64,000 bases of DNA from an uncultured delta proteobacterium (GTDB lineage Bacteria; Myxococcota; Myxococcia; Myxococcales; 40CM-4-68-19), in assembly GCA_903911145.1 (NCBI GenBank), contig CAIWCD010000013.1, forward strand, positions 124,001 through 188,000, read 5' to 3'. The position numbers and the translations under genes were made by a program. This document shows positions 48,364 to 57,363 of this stretch, one piece after another; position 1 is the first letter of the stretch; every line of letters starts with the position of its first letter. A model generated the notes under the pieces. That model saw nothing but the letters and a program-made list of their open reading frames with translations. It had not been told where the DNA came from and did not search any database.

Positions 48364-51057
48364 TCAGTGCGTCCAGTTGCCCGTGACGTCCCAGCCGTCG
48401 ACCAGCACGACACCGGTGTAGCCAACGACCGAACCGTTGCCTCCTGCGACGGAGATGCCGGCCGGCGCAACGGCGGTCACGCTGCTGCTTCCAGACTGCG
48501 ACGTGATGCCGACGGTGCCGCCGGAACCTCCCGTGATGGCGATGTCGCTGCCACTGATCGCGCCGCCGACAGCGAGGATGTCGCCCGACTCGGAGACGGT
48601 ATCGCCGATGATCGAGACCGAGCCCGCGCCGCCGTATGCAGCCCTCGTGTTGCGGCTGCCCGCCGAGCGGGGAGCGACGACGGCAGGCCACCTGCTCGAC
48701 CCACCAGAGACGTCGAGCGCGCCGCTGTTGATGGCCGGGCCGAGTTCAGCGAGCAGCGAGAGTCCTGACGAGGGGCCTTCACTCACGTTGCCGGCTCCGA
48801 CGCCGCCACCGCCTGCCGAGCCTGCGCCCCCGCGGCCGGTGATCGAACCGGTGTTGGTCACGCCCGTCGCGCCCGAGAGCATGACGCCGAAGGATGCGCC
48901 GCCAGTCGCGCCATCTCCGCCCGAGACGTCGATCCTGCCAGCGTTGAAGACGTTCTCGAAACGGTCGTTCGCGGGCAGGCAAGTGTCCTGCGTGCGCAGG
49001 GAAAGAATGGTGGTGCTTGCATTGCCACCAGCGCCCTGGAGCGAAGAGCCGCCGCGCGCAGTGATGTCCGCGTAGTTGATCACGCTGCCACCCGGACCAC
49101 ACCCAGAGCCGACCGGCGCGGATTGCCGATTGATTGGAGCGCCAGCGTGCGAGGCCTGGTTCCACAGAGAGACGGAGCCTCCGGTGCCGCCACCGAGAAG
49201 TCCTGCACCACCGCTGGCGTCGATGGTCGCGTAGCCGTAGAGGATCAGCTCCTGGCCTTGCGGCTCGGTTCCGGTGTCGAGCGAGAGGTTGATCGAGCCG
49301 GCCGCTCCGCCCGAGAGCGCGCCAGCGCCACCGGAGGCATCGAGCGAACCAGAGAGAATCAGATCGCCGCAAGGAAGCGTGCTCGTCGAAGGTTGGAGCG
49401 AGCGCCCGCCTGAACTGAAGATCCCTCCGTTCGAACTGAGCGCGACGCGGAGGGTTCCACCAGCGCCGCCCGCACCAACCGGAGACGCGCCACCGGCGAC
49501 CGTCATCGCGCCACTGCTGACGAGAACGCCGCTGTATCCCGAGACGAGGATCTGGCCGCCGCTGCCGCCGGTGCAGAGCTCAGGCGAGGCAGAGGGGCAG
49601 GTCGAATCGACTGCGCCGCCGCTCGCGTTCCAGTTGCCGGAGTTGCGGATCGAGGTGCGCGTGCTGTTGTTGGGGAAGACGATCGTGCCGCCGTTGCCGC
49701 CCGCTGCCACATCAGGCGACGACGCGACGAAGCCCTTGCCACCGCTGACATCGAGGTTCCCCGAGTTGTTCGTCGCGAGCGCGCCGACGAGGACGATCTG
49801 GCCGCCGTTGCCGCCCTGTCCCGCGAGCGCGCTGCCGCCGCGAGCCTTGACGTCGCCACGGTTGTAGATTGGCGTGCTGGGAATGAACGAGTCGATCGTC
49901 GACGCAGAGATCAGCTCGATGGTGCCTGCGTTCCCGCCGCTCGATCCGGGACCGCCAGAGGAGTCGATTGTTCCCTCGTTCCAGAACGCCTGCGCGACGA
50001 TCTGGATGCCTCCGCTCGCACCGCCGGGCGCGTGGCTGTCTCCTGCGACGCCGAGGTTGGTCACGCTTGAGCCGACGTCACCGAAATAGTCGCCACAGAC
50101 GAGGCCAAATGCGGGCGGCACCTGATCTGCCGAGGCGACCGGATTGATGGCAAGAGCGCCCGCGTTGGAGCAGCTGCTCGGAACCTGGCTGGCCCCGCGG
50201 ACGATGAGATTGACGGACGCGCCGGTCTCCCCCGTGTCGAGGACAACGGTCGCGCCCGCTTCGATGGAGAGGCTGTCGGTCTGCGTGGCGGTTCCCGCGT
50301 CCGCAGCGATGTAGAGCGCGCTCGAATCGCCGTCGCTGTAGCGGAAGATCGTGCCGTTCGGGAGATTCGGCGTGAGGGTTGTCTGCACGCTGACGAGATA
50401 CGGCGTAGGGCTCGCGGTGAATCTTGCCGGGTTCGCCGAGACAGGTGCCGGGGGATGTGCCGGAAACGTGAAGGTCGCGTCGGCCGCCCCGGTCCTGAAG
50501 ACCTTGAGGTGACCGCCGTTGCTCCCGTTCACGAACGCGGCCGTGAAGGTTCCGCCGCTGCCGCCATCGCCCGCCGAGGAGGCACCGCCGCTCGCCGTGA
50601 TCGTCGCGCTGCCTGCTGCGCCGGCCGGAGGCGAAATGGAGCCAATCTGCTGCGGCGAGCCGTTGCAGACGTACGAACTGCTGAGGACCTCGCCCGTCTC
50701 GAGGATGCCGTTGCGCGCGATGCCGCCGTTGGCGCCGTTGTCGAGTCCGCTGTCGGTGCGCTGTCCGCCGGCCCCGCAGTTGGCGTCGCCGATCGGAAGG
50801 CTCGTCGTCTTGATCAGCGTGGTGAAACCGTCGCCGCCGTCAACGCCGTTCGTGCCGTTGGTTCCATTCGCGCCGCTCGCCCCGTTGGCGCCGTTCGGCC
50901 CGTTGCAGACAACCTGTGTGCTCCCGCCGCTCGAGATCGAAACGCCTCCCGCGGGGCAGAGCGCACCGGCGGCGATGGGCGTGATGGTGACGTTCGAACT
51001 GCAGGCGAGTGGAGCCGCGGCGAGAACAAGAATGGCCGCGTGCAGAGAGAACTTCAT
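48364..51057 (-). CDS. 897-aa Gly-rich surface lipoprotein with collagen-like segment
   Basis: Lipobox 'PLAC', 'C..GG....VCNG', (GxN)n collagen-like run, 'NC..GG....G.D....NG.L...EV....YVCNG', then many 'GG.GG.I.L....N.G.I.A.GG' units. Confidence 0.8.
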   Translation of the reverse strand: MKFSLHAAILVLAAAPLACSSNVTITPIAAGALCPAGGVSISSGGSTQVVCNGPNGANGASGANGTNGTNGVDGGDGFTTLIKTTSLPIGDANCGAGGQRTDSGLDNGANGGIARNGILETGEVLSSSYVCNGSPQQIGSISPPAGAAGSATITASGGASSAGDGGSGGTFTAAFVNGSNGGHLKVFRTGAADATFTFPAHPPAPVSANPARFTASPTPYLVSVQTTLTPNLPNGTIFRYSDGDSSALYIAADAGTATQTDSLSIEAGATVVLDTGETGASVNLIVRGASQVPSSCSNAGALAINPVASADQVPPAFGLVCGDYFGDVGSSVTNLGVAGDSHAPGGASGGIQIVAQAFWNEGTIDSSGGPGSSGGNAGTIELISASTIDSFIPSTPIYNRGDVKARGGSALAGQGGNGGQIVLVGALATNNSGNLDVSGGKGFVASSPDVAAGGNGGTIVFPNNSTRTSIRNSGNWNASGGAVDSTCPSASPELCTGGSGGQILVSGYSGVLVSSGAMTVAGGASPVGAGGAGGTLRVALSSNGGIFSSGGRSLQPSTSTLPCGDLILSGSLDASGGAGALSGGAAGSINLSLDTGTEPQGQELILYGYATIDASGGAGLLGGGTGGSVSLWNQASHAGAPINRQSAPVGSGCGPGGSVINYADITARGGSSLQGAGGNASTTILSLRTQDTCLPANDRFENVFNAGRIDVSGGDGATGGASFGVMLSGATGVTNTGSITGRGGAGSAGGGGVGAGNVSEGPSSGLSLLAELGPAINSGALDVSGGSSRWPAVVAPRSAGSRNTRAAYGGAGSVSIIGDTVSESGDILAVGGAISGSDIAITGGSGGTVGITSQSGSSSVTAVAPAGISVAGGNGSVVGYTGVVLVDGWDVTGNWTH

Positions 51058-51249
51058 GAGGATGCTCCGGGTGTGGATGGTCAAGGCGGACGAACGGCGG
51101 GGCGGGACTCTGCCGAACGTGGGCAGCGATGACAATGGAAACGCGAACAGCGAGCGACAATCACGCTTCTTCGGAGCGCGAGCCCAAGTTCGTTGACGCG
51201 CCCCAACGCTGCCGCCTAGCTTGCGGCGACCTTGCGGGGAGGACGCGCG

Positions 51250-51885
51250 ATGACGGACGAGAGCAAGCAGGCTGCGGTGCCGAAGATCGTCGAGATCGGC
51301 GGCAAAGGTGGCGCCTTCTACATGCAGCAGCTCATCAACACCGAGCGGCCGGCGCGCATGGTGGGGCTCTTCACGATGCGGCAGATGAAGCCACACGAGC
51401 TTGCCCGCCTCGTCGAGGTGTGCGGCGATGCGCTGCGCGAAGAGGATCTGACCGCGGCGCTCACCATCGCGCCTCTCGGCGAAGTTGTCCCGCCCAAGCC
51501 CGAGGACACCTGGAAGGTGACGGTCATCGAAGCGGCCGCGACGCCGCCGCACGACTGCATCGTGCAGCTCTTCGACATGAACTCCGACGAGAGCACGCAC
51601 CGCGCGCTGATCGAACATCTCTTCAACATGGAGGAGCAGCTCGGCCAGGAGGCGGTCGAGGCCACCCAGGGTGCGCAGACCTATCTGACTGTCGCGTCGG
51701 GGCGGCTCGACGATCCGCAGCGCGTGCACGCGTTCGAGAATCTCGTCGCGCTCTTCTCGTCCGCGCTGGGAGCGTGTCTGGTCGATCCGGCGGGCGCGGT
51801 GGTGACGATGGATGCGGGCGAGTGGGCGGAGGCGATGGAGATGAGCCTGCAGCTGGAAAAGGATATGCACCTGCTGCGCAAGTAA
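51250..51885 (+). CDS. hypothetical cytoplasmic protein
   Basis: GGAGG RBS, TTGACG-N18-TAGCTT upstream and strong coding pattern. No family recognised. Confidence 0.75.
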   Translation: MTDESKQAAVPKIVEIGGKGGAFYMQQLINTERPARMVGLFTMRQMKPHELARLVEVCGDALREEDLTAALTIAPLGEVVPPKPEDTWKVTVIEAAATPPHDCIVQLFDMNSDESTHRALIEHLFNMEEQLGQEAVEATQGAQTYLTVASGRLDDPQRVHAFENLVALFSSALGACLVDPAGAVVTMDAGEWAEAMEMSLQLEKDMHLLRK

Positions 51886-51981
51886 TCGCGCGCCCGCTCC
51901 TGGAGCGGCCTTGCGATATCACGGCATCTCGCAGCAACTATCGACTGAATCGAAGCAGGCTCAGCAAGGACGGCACGAAAG

Positions 51982-52806
51982 ATGGGCGAGTTGGTGCAGG
52001 TTCGAGTCGACAGCGGTGTCGCGCTCTTCACGCTGACGGCGCCGCCGGCGAATACGTACAGCTACGAAATGATGCGTGAGCTCGACGCGGCGATCCTCGC
52101 GGCGAGGATGGACGAGCGGGTGCATGTCGTCGTCATCACCGGATCGCGCCCGACCGCACCAGTGGCGGGCAAGAAGCCCGCTCCCGAATTCTTCTGCGCC
52201 GGCGCCGACATCAAGATGCTCGAAGGTGCGAACCCGTATTTCAAATACAACTTCTGCCTGCACGCGAATGAAACGCTGCAGCGTCTTGAGCAGACGGCGA
52301 AGCTGGTGATCGCGGCGATCAATGGACACTGCGTCGGCGGCGGACTCGAGGTGGCGCTGGCCTGCGATCTGCGGATTGCGCGCAAGGACGCGGGCAAGGT
52401 CGGACTGCCCGAAGTGAGTCTGGGTGTGCTGCCGGGGACGGGCGGAACGCAGCGACTGGCGCGGGCGCTCGGGCGATCGAAGTCGATCGAGTTGATGGTC
52501 GAAGGGAAGAATCTCAGCATCGACGAGGCGCGCGGACTCGGGCTCGTCAATGAAGTCGTCGACTGCACGGCCGAAGCATTTCTCGGCGAGGCGCTGGCCT
52601 ATGCGCAGCGGTTCGTGCCGCCCGCGAAGGCGTCGCGCGCAGTCGGGATGATCAAGCGCGCGGTCACGTCCGGCATCGAGATGGAGCTCTCGAGCGGGCT
52701 TGCGCTCGAGCGCGAATTGCAGCAGCGGCTCTTCGAGGGCGAGGACGCGAAGGAAGGCATCGCGGCCTACAACGCTCGGCGCACGCCAGCGTTCACGGGG
52801 CGTTAA
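51982..52806 (+). CDS. enoyl-CoA hydratase/isomerase (crotonase), BoxC-N-domain-like
   Basis: 'FCAGADI', 'GHCVGGGLEVALACD' and 'GLPEVSLGVLPGTGGTQRL'. Confidence 0.92.
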   Translation: MGELVQVRVDSGVALFTLTAPPANTYSYEMMRELDAAILAARMDERVHVVVITGSRPTAPVAGKKPAPEFFCAGADIKMLEGANPYFKYNFCLHANETLQRLEQTAKLVIAAINGHCVGGGLEVALACDLRIARKDAGKVGLPEVSLGVLPGTGGTQRLARALGRSKSIELMVEGKNLSIDEARGLGLVNEVVDCTAEAFLGEALAYAQRFVPPAKASRAVGMIKRAVTSGIEMELSSGLALERELQQRLFEGEDAKEGIAAYNARRTPAFTGR

Positions 52807-53165
52807 TGGATGCAAGTGAGCAGTGGCAGCTCGATGCGGCACTCGCGGCGCTGAGCAGCGACGGGCGGTCGCTCACGCGCTCGCTGCGCACGCGGCTGGC
52901 GAAGATCGCCGAGCTGCGCGCGCGCTTCGAGGCCCGGGCACCGGCCCCGCGCGGGGAGCTCATCTACACGCACGAGGAGACGGAGGTCGCGCGCCTGATG
53001 CTCAAGCCAGGCGGGCTGCCGAAGCTCTGCTTTCCCAATGAGCCTCCGCGCGAGATCTCAGGGCTCGCGCAGGCGTCGCAGGCGGCCGAGCGGATCGCGC
53101 GACGCACGCAGGAGTTGATCGACGCCGCGCCGCAGCTGGGACTCTTCGGGCCGCCGCGCAAGTAA
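52806..53165 (+). CDS. small hypothetical protein with C-terminal QLGLF motif
   Basis: The ATG overlaps the upstream TAA (TAATG). The 119-aa ORF fills the gap before boxC. Confidence 0.65.
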   Translation: MDASEQWQLDAALAALSSDGRSLTRSLRTRLAKIAELRARFEARAPAPRGELIYTHEETEVARLMLKPGGLPKLCFPNEPPREISGLAQASQAAERIARRTQELIDAAPQLGLFGPPRK

Positions 53166-53226
53166 CGGATGGCGCAGAGAGCGGGCTTGCGGCGGCGCGA
53201 GCCGGTCTGTTATCCGATCCGCGCCA

Positions 53227-54885
53227 ATGGACCACCACTCCGCGCCGATCGATGTCGCTCTCGATACCCATCCCTCGCGCTATCGCCACTGGGCGCTGCG
53301 GGTCGACGGCGAACGGGCCACGCTGGTGCTCAAGGTCACGCCATTCGGCGGCCTGATGCCGGAGACCGAGCTCAAGAGCAACTCGTACGATCTCTCGGTC
53401 GACGTCGAACTCGCAGACGCGCTGATGCGGCTGCGCTTCACGCACCCTGGCGTCAAAGCGCTCACCATTACGTCGGGCCATGACAAGATCTTCTGCTCGG
53501 GCGCGAATATCTACGTCCTCGCCGCGTCGTCGCATCCGTTCAAGGTGAACTTCTGCAAGTACACCAACGAGACGCGGCTTTACCTCGAGGAGCTTTCGGA
53601 ACAGAGCGGGATGAAGACCCTTGCGGCGTGCAATGGCGCCACGGCGGGCGGTGGATATGAACTCGCGCTCGCATGCGATGAGATCCTGCTTGTCGACGAC
53701 GGCTCCTCGACGGTGAGCCTGCCCGAGGTGCCGCTGCTCGCGGTGCTTCCCGGCACGGGAGGACTTACGCGCGTGGTCGACAAGCGCAAGGTCCGCCGCG
53801 ATCTCGCCGACGCATTTTCGACGCTGGCCGAGGGGATTAAAGGCAAGCGCGCGGTCGATTGGAATCTCGTCGACGCCGTCTCGCCGCGCAGCAAGTTCGC
53901 ACAGGCCGCGGTCGAGCGGGCATTGGCGCTCGCGAAGAAGGCGCCGGAGATCGCGCGCGGGCCGGGCATTGAACTCGACGCGATCGAGCCGTCGATTCAA
54001 GGCAATCGATTTGATTACCAGCATCTATCGCTTGATATCGACCCGAAGAGCCGCGTCGCGACACTCACGATGCGCGCGCCCGAGGGCAAGCAGCCCGCCA
54101 ATGCAGCCGAGGCGCTCACGGCTGGAGCAGCGTGGTGGAATATCCGCGCCGCGCGCGAACTCGACGATGCCCTGCTCCGCCTGCGCATCCATCACGCCGA
54201 GATCGGGCTGGTGCTGCTGCGCACGAGCGGAACTCTCGAGTCGGCCTTCGCTGCGGGAGAGTTGCTCGGTGGCGCAGAAAAGGACGCCTGGATTGTTCGC
54301 GAGGCACGACTGCTCTGGGGGCGCGCGCTCAAGCGCCTCGACGCGACGGCGAAGAGCTTCTTCGCGATCGTCGATGCGAAGAGTTGCTATGCGGGGCCGC
54401 TCTTCGAGTTGCTCGTCGCCGCAGACCGCAGCTACGTCCTCGATCAGGACGGCGTGCAGTGCCGCCCCGGAGCGCTCTCCGCCGGCGCATTGCCAACATG
54501 GTCCGGCATATCGCGCCTATCGCAGCGATTCCTCGCCAAGCCGGAGCAGGCAGCTTCCGTCATTGCGGCCGGCATATCAGGAACTATCGACTCCAATCAG
54601 ATGAACAAGCTCGGCCTCTGCACGGTCTTTGCCGACGACATCGATTTCGAGGAGGAGCTGCGCGTCGCTGTCGAAGAGCGTGCCAGCCTCTCGCCCGACG
54701 CATTGACCGGAATGGAAGCGAGCTATCGCTTCGCCGGTCCCGAGACCCTCGCGACGAAGATCTTCGGCCGCCTCTCCGCGTGGCAGAACTGGATCTTCAT
54801 CCGCCCGAATGCAACCGGCGAACACGGGGCATTAACCGCATACGGAAAGCCCGACCGTCCGAAGTACGACTGGCGCCGCACTTAA
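53227..54885 (+). CDS. boxC: 2,3-epoxybenzoyl-CoA dihydrolase
   Basis: 'THPSRYRHW', 'LKSNSYDLSVDVELADA', 'FKVNFCKYTNETR', 'SPDALTGMEA' and 'TKIFGRLSAWQNWIFIRPNATGEHGAL'. Confidence 0.95.
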   Translation: MDHHSAPIDVALDTHPSRYRHWALRVDGERATLVLKVTPFGGLMPETELKSNSYDLSVDVELADALMRLRFTHPGVKALTITSGHDKIFCSGANIYVLAASSHPFKVNFCKYTNETRLYLEELSEQSGMKTLAACNGATAGGGYELALACDEILLVDDGSSTVSLPEVPLLAVLPGTGGLTRVVDKRKVRRDLADAFSTLAEGIKGKRAVDWNLVDAVSPRSKFAQAAVERALALAKKAPEIARGPGIELDAIEPSIQGNRFDYQHLSLDIDPKSRVATLTMRAPEGKQPANAAEALTAGAAWWNIRAARELDDALLRLRIHHAEIGLVLLRTSGTLESAFAAGELLGGAEKDAWIVREARLLWGRALKRLDATAKSFFAIVDAKSCYAGPLFELLVAADRSYVLDQDGVQCRPGALSAGALPTWSGISRLSQRFLAKPEQAASVIAAGISGTIDSNQMNKLGLCTVFADDIDFEEELRVAVEERASLSPDALTGMEASYRFAGPETLATKIFGRLSAWQNWIFIRPNATGEHGALTAYGKPDRPKYDWRRT

Positions 54886-54899
54886 CGAAAAGAGACGAT

Positions 54900-56309
54900 A
54901 TGGCCCTCGATCAATCCTCGATTCCGAACAATGTCGATCTCTCGTCCGATCGACGTCTGCAGCGCGCGCTCGAGCAGTGGCAGCCGAACTTCCTGAGCTG
55001 GTGGAACGATGTCGGTCCGGCCGGATTCCAGGCCCACGAAATCTGGCTGCGCACGGCCATCTCCGTCGAGGCGGGCGGCTGGGCACACTTTGATTACGTG
55101 CGGATGCCTGATTACCGCTGGGGGATCTTCCTCGAGCCGCAGACCGAGGGGAAGAAGATCGGCTTCGGCGATGTGCAGGGCGAGCCCGTCTGGGACGAAG
55201 TGCCGGGCGAGCATCGCAACGCGCTCCGCCGCATTATCGTTACGCAGGCCGACACCGAGCCCGCGTCGGTCGAGCAGCAGAGCCTGCTCGGGAAGTGCGC
55301 GCCTTCGCTCTACGACCTGCGCAATCTCTTCCAGGTCAATGTCGAGGAGGGTCGGCACCTCTGGGCAATGGTCTATCTGCTCCACCGCCATTTCGGTCGC
55401 GATGGTCGAGAGGAGGCGGACGAACTGCTGCAGCGCCGCTCGGGCAGCTCGGATAAGCCGCGCATCCTGAATGCGTTTAATGAGCCGATCGCCGATTGGC
55501 TGAGCTTCTTCATGTTCACGATGTTCTCGGACCGCGACGGCAAGTACCAGCTCGCCGCCTTGGCCGAGAGCGGCTTCGATCCGCTCGCCCGCACCACGCG
55601 CTTCATGCTCACCGAAGAGGCGCACCATCTCTTCGTCGGCGAGACCGGCGTCGATCGCGTGATCCAGCGCACGGCGCAACTGATGGCCGAGGGCAAGGAG
55701 CCACGCGAGCACGGTGCGATTCCGCTCGAGATCGTGCAGAAATATATCAACCACTGGTTCAGCCTCGCGCTCGACCTCTTCGGCGGCGAGATCAGCTCCA
55801 ATGCGGCCGATTTCTTTGCGGCGGGATTAAAGGGCCGTTTCCGCGAAGAGGGATATGAGGAACATAAGGGCATTGGCACGTATCGAATGCAGACCCCCTC
55901 GAATGGCAAGCTCATCGAGGAAGAGGTGCCGCTGCGCAACGCGATGAATGAAGTCCTGCGCGACGAGTACATCAAGGATTGCCAGCGCGCGGTGGATCGC
56001 TGGAACAAGAGCATTGCCAAGGCCGGATTAAGCGGCGTGACGATGAAACTGCCGCATCGCCGCTTTCACCGCGGAGTGGGGCCGTTCTCGACCGTGCATG
56101 CGTCGCCGGATGGCGACATGCTGAGCGCCGAGGAGTTTGCCTCCAAGCAGTCGAGCTGGCTGCCGACCCCGGCTGATTTCGCTTATGTCGGTTCGCTGAT
56201 GGTCCCGGTCTATGAACCGGGAAAGATGGCGTCGTGGGTTGCGTCGCCGGCCAAGGGCATCGACGGACTTCCGCTCGATTACGCCTACGTCCGCGCGCCG
56301 CAGGCATAA
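54900..56309 (+). CDS. boxB: benzoyl-CoA 2,3-epoxidase, diiron subunit
   Basis: 'IPNNVDL..DRRLQRALE.WQP', 'MPDYRWGIFL', 'DTEPASVEQQ', diiron 'EEGRH' and 'EEAHH', and 'DRDGKYQL'. Confidence 0.95.
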   Translation: MALDQSSIPNNVDLSSDRRLQRALEQWQPNFLSWWNDVGPAGFQAHEIWLRTAISVEAGGWAHFDYVRMPDYRWGIFLEPQTEGKKIGFGDVQGEPVWDEVPGEHRNALRRIIVTQADTEPASVEQQSLLGKCAPSLYDLRNLFQVNVEEGRHLWAMVYLLHRHFGRDGREEADELLQRRSGSSDKPRILNAFNEPIADWLSFFMFTMFSDRDGKYQLAALAESGFDPLARTTRFMLTEEAHHLFVGETGVDRVIQRTAQLMAEGKEPREHGAIPLEIVQKYINHWFSLALDLFGGEISSNAADFFAAGLKGRFREEGYEEHKGIGTYRMQTPSNGKLIEEEVPLRNAMNEVLRDEYIKDCQRAVDRWNKSIAKAGLSGVTMKLPHRRFHRGVGPFSTVHASPDGDMLSAEEFASKQSSWLPTPADFAYVGSLMVPVYEPGKMASWVASPAKGIDGLPLDYAYVRAPQA

Positions 56310-56452
56310 GCGCCGCACTCGAACGCAGCGACCAACGAAAGCATCATCGCGCGGCCAGACAGCATTCTGAGCCGCGCGTTTAGTTTCCAGTCCATGCAAT
56401 TTGCGCCCGCGCTCTGCGTAGGCGAGCGACGATTCAACCAGGAGCCACGACA

Positions 56453-57358
56453 ATGGAACTGCGCATCTCGGGTTTGTCCAAGCGCTATCCCAACGGAGTC
56501 CAGGCGCTCAACAATATCTCGCTGAACATCCCCGCCGGGATGTTTGGCCTGTTGGGACCCAATGGCGCGGGCAAGTCAACGCTGATGCGCACGCTCGCGA
56601 CGCTGCAGGAGGCCGACGCGGGCAGTGTGACGTTCGAGGGTATCGACGTGCTGCGCGAGAAGGAGCGCGTGCGCGAACTGCTCGGATATCTGCCGCAGGA
56701 GTTCGGCGTCTATCCCAAGGTGAGCGCGCTCGACCTGCTCAATCACTTCGCCGTGCTCAAGGGAATCAACGACTCGAAGAAGCGCCGCGAGTTGGTCGAC
56801 GTGCTGCTGCAGCGAACCAACCTCTACGAGGCGCGCCACAGGCGGCTTGGCACGTTCTCGGGAGGAATGAAGCAGCGCTTTGGCATCGCGCAGGCGCTGC
56901 TCGCCAATCCCAAGCTATTAATCGTCGACGAGCCGACCGCGGGTCTTGATCCCGAGGAGCGCTTGCGTTTCCTGAATCTGCTCGCAGACCTCGGCCAGAA
57001 CATCGTGATTATCCTCTCCACGCATATCGTCACCGATATCTCCGACCTCTGTAAGCAGCTCGCGATTGTCGCGCGCGGCACGGTGGTGGCAAGCGGAGAT
57101 CCGCTGGCGCTCGTGGCGGAACTGCAGGGCCGCATCTGGCAGCGGTTTGTCGCCTCGGATGAATTGGCGGCCTATCAGCAGAGCCATACCGTGCTCGCCA
57201 CGCGCCGCGCCGCGGGCCGCCTGGTCATTCGCGTCTTGAGCGACAGCAATCCCGGCGCAGGCTTCGAGCCCTCTGCGCCCGACCTCGAGGACGTCTATTT
57301 CCTCGCCATTCATTCGACACCTGCGCAGGCGATCCCTGCAGCAGCGCAGGCGAGCTGA
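56453..57358 (+). CDS. ABC transporter ATP-binding protein (ABC-2 exporter type)
   Basis: Walker A 'GPNGAGKST', signature 'FSGGMKQR', Walker B 'LIVDEPTAGLD' and 'STH'. Confidence 0.95.
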   Translation: MELRISGLSKRYPNGVQALNNISLNIPAGMFGLLGPNGAGKSTLMRTLATLQEADAGSVTFEGIDVLREKERVRELLGYLPQEFGVYPKVSALDLLNHFAVLKGINDSKKRRELVDVLLQRTNLYEARHRRLGTFSGGMKQRFGIAQALLANPKLLIVDEPTAGLDPEERLRFLNLLADLGQNIVIILSTHIVTDISDLCKQLAIVARGTVVASGDPLALVAELQGRIWQRFVASDELAAYQQSHTVLATRRAAGRLVIRVLSDSNPGAGFEPSAPDLEDVYFLAIHSTPAQAIPAAAQAS

Positions 57359-57363
57359 TTCCA

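Noticed and set aside
48630..48700. Out-of-character segment 'RWPAVVAPRSAGSRNTRAA' in the Gly-rich protein, a possible compensated frameshift
   Set aside because: The alternative frames do not restore the Gly-rich repeat, so it is more likely a loop insertion.
51058..51870. N-terminal extension of the Gly-rich ORF to 1168 aa
   Set aside because: It is antisense to the 51250-51885 gene. The lipoprotein signal starts at 51057.
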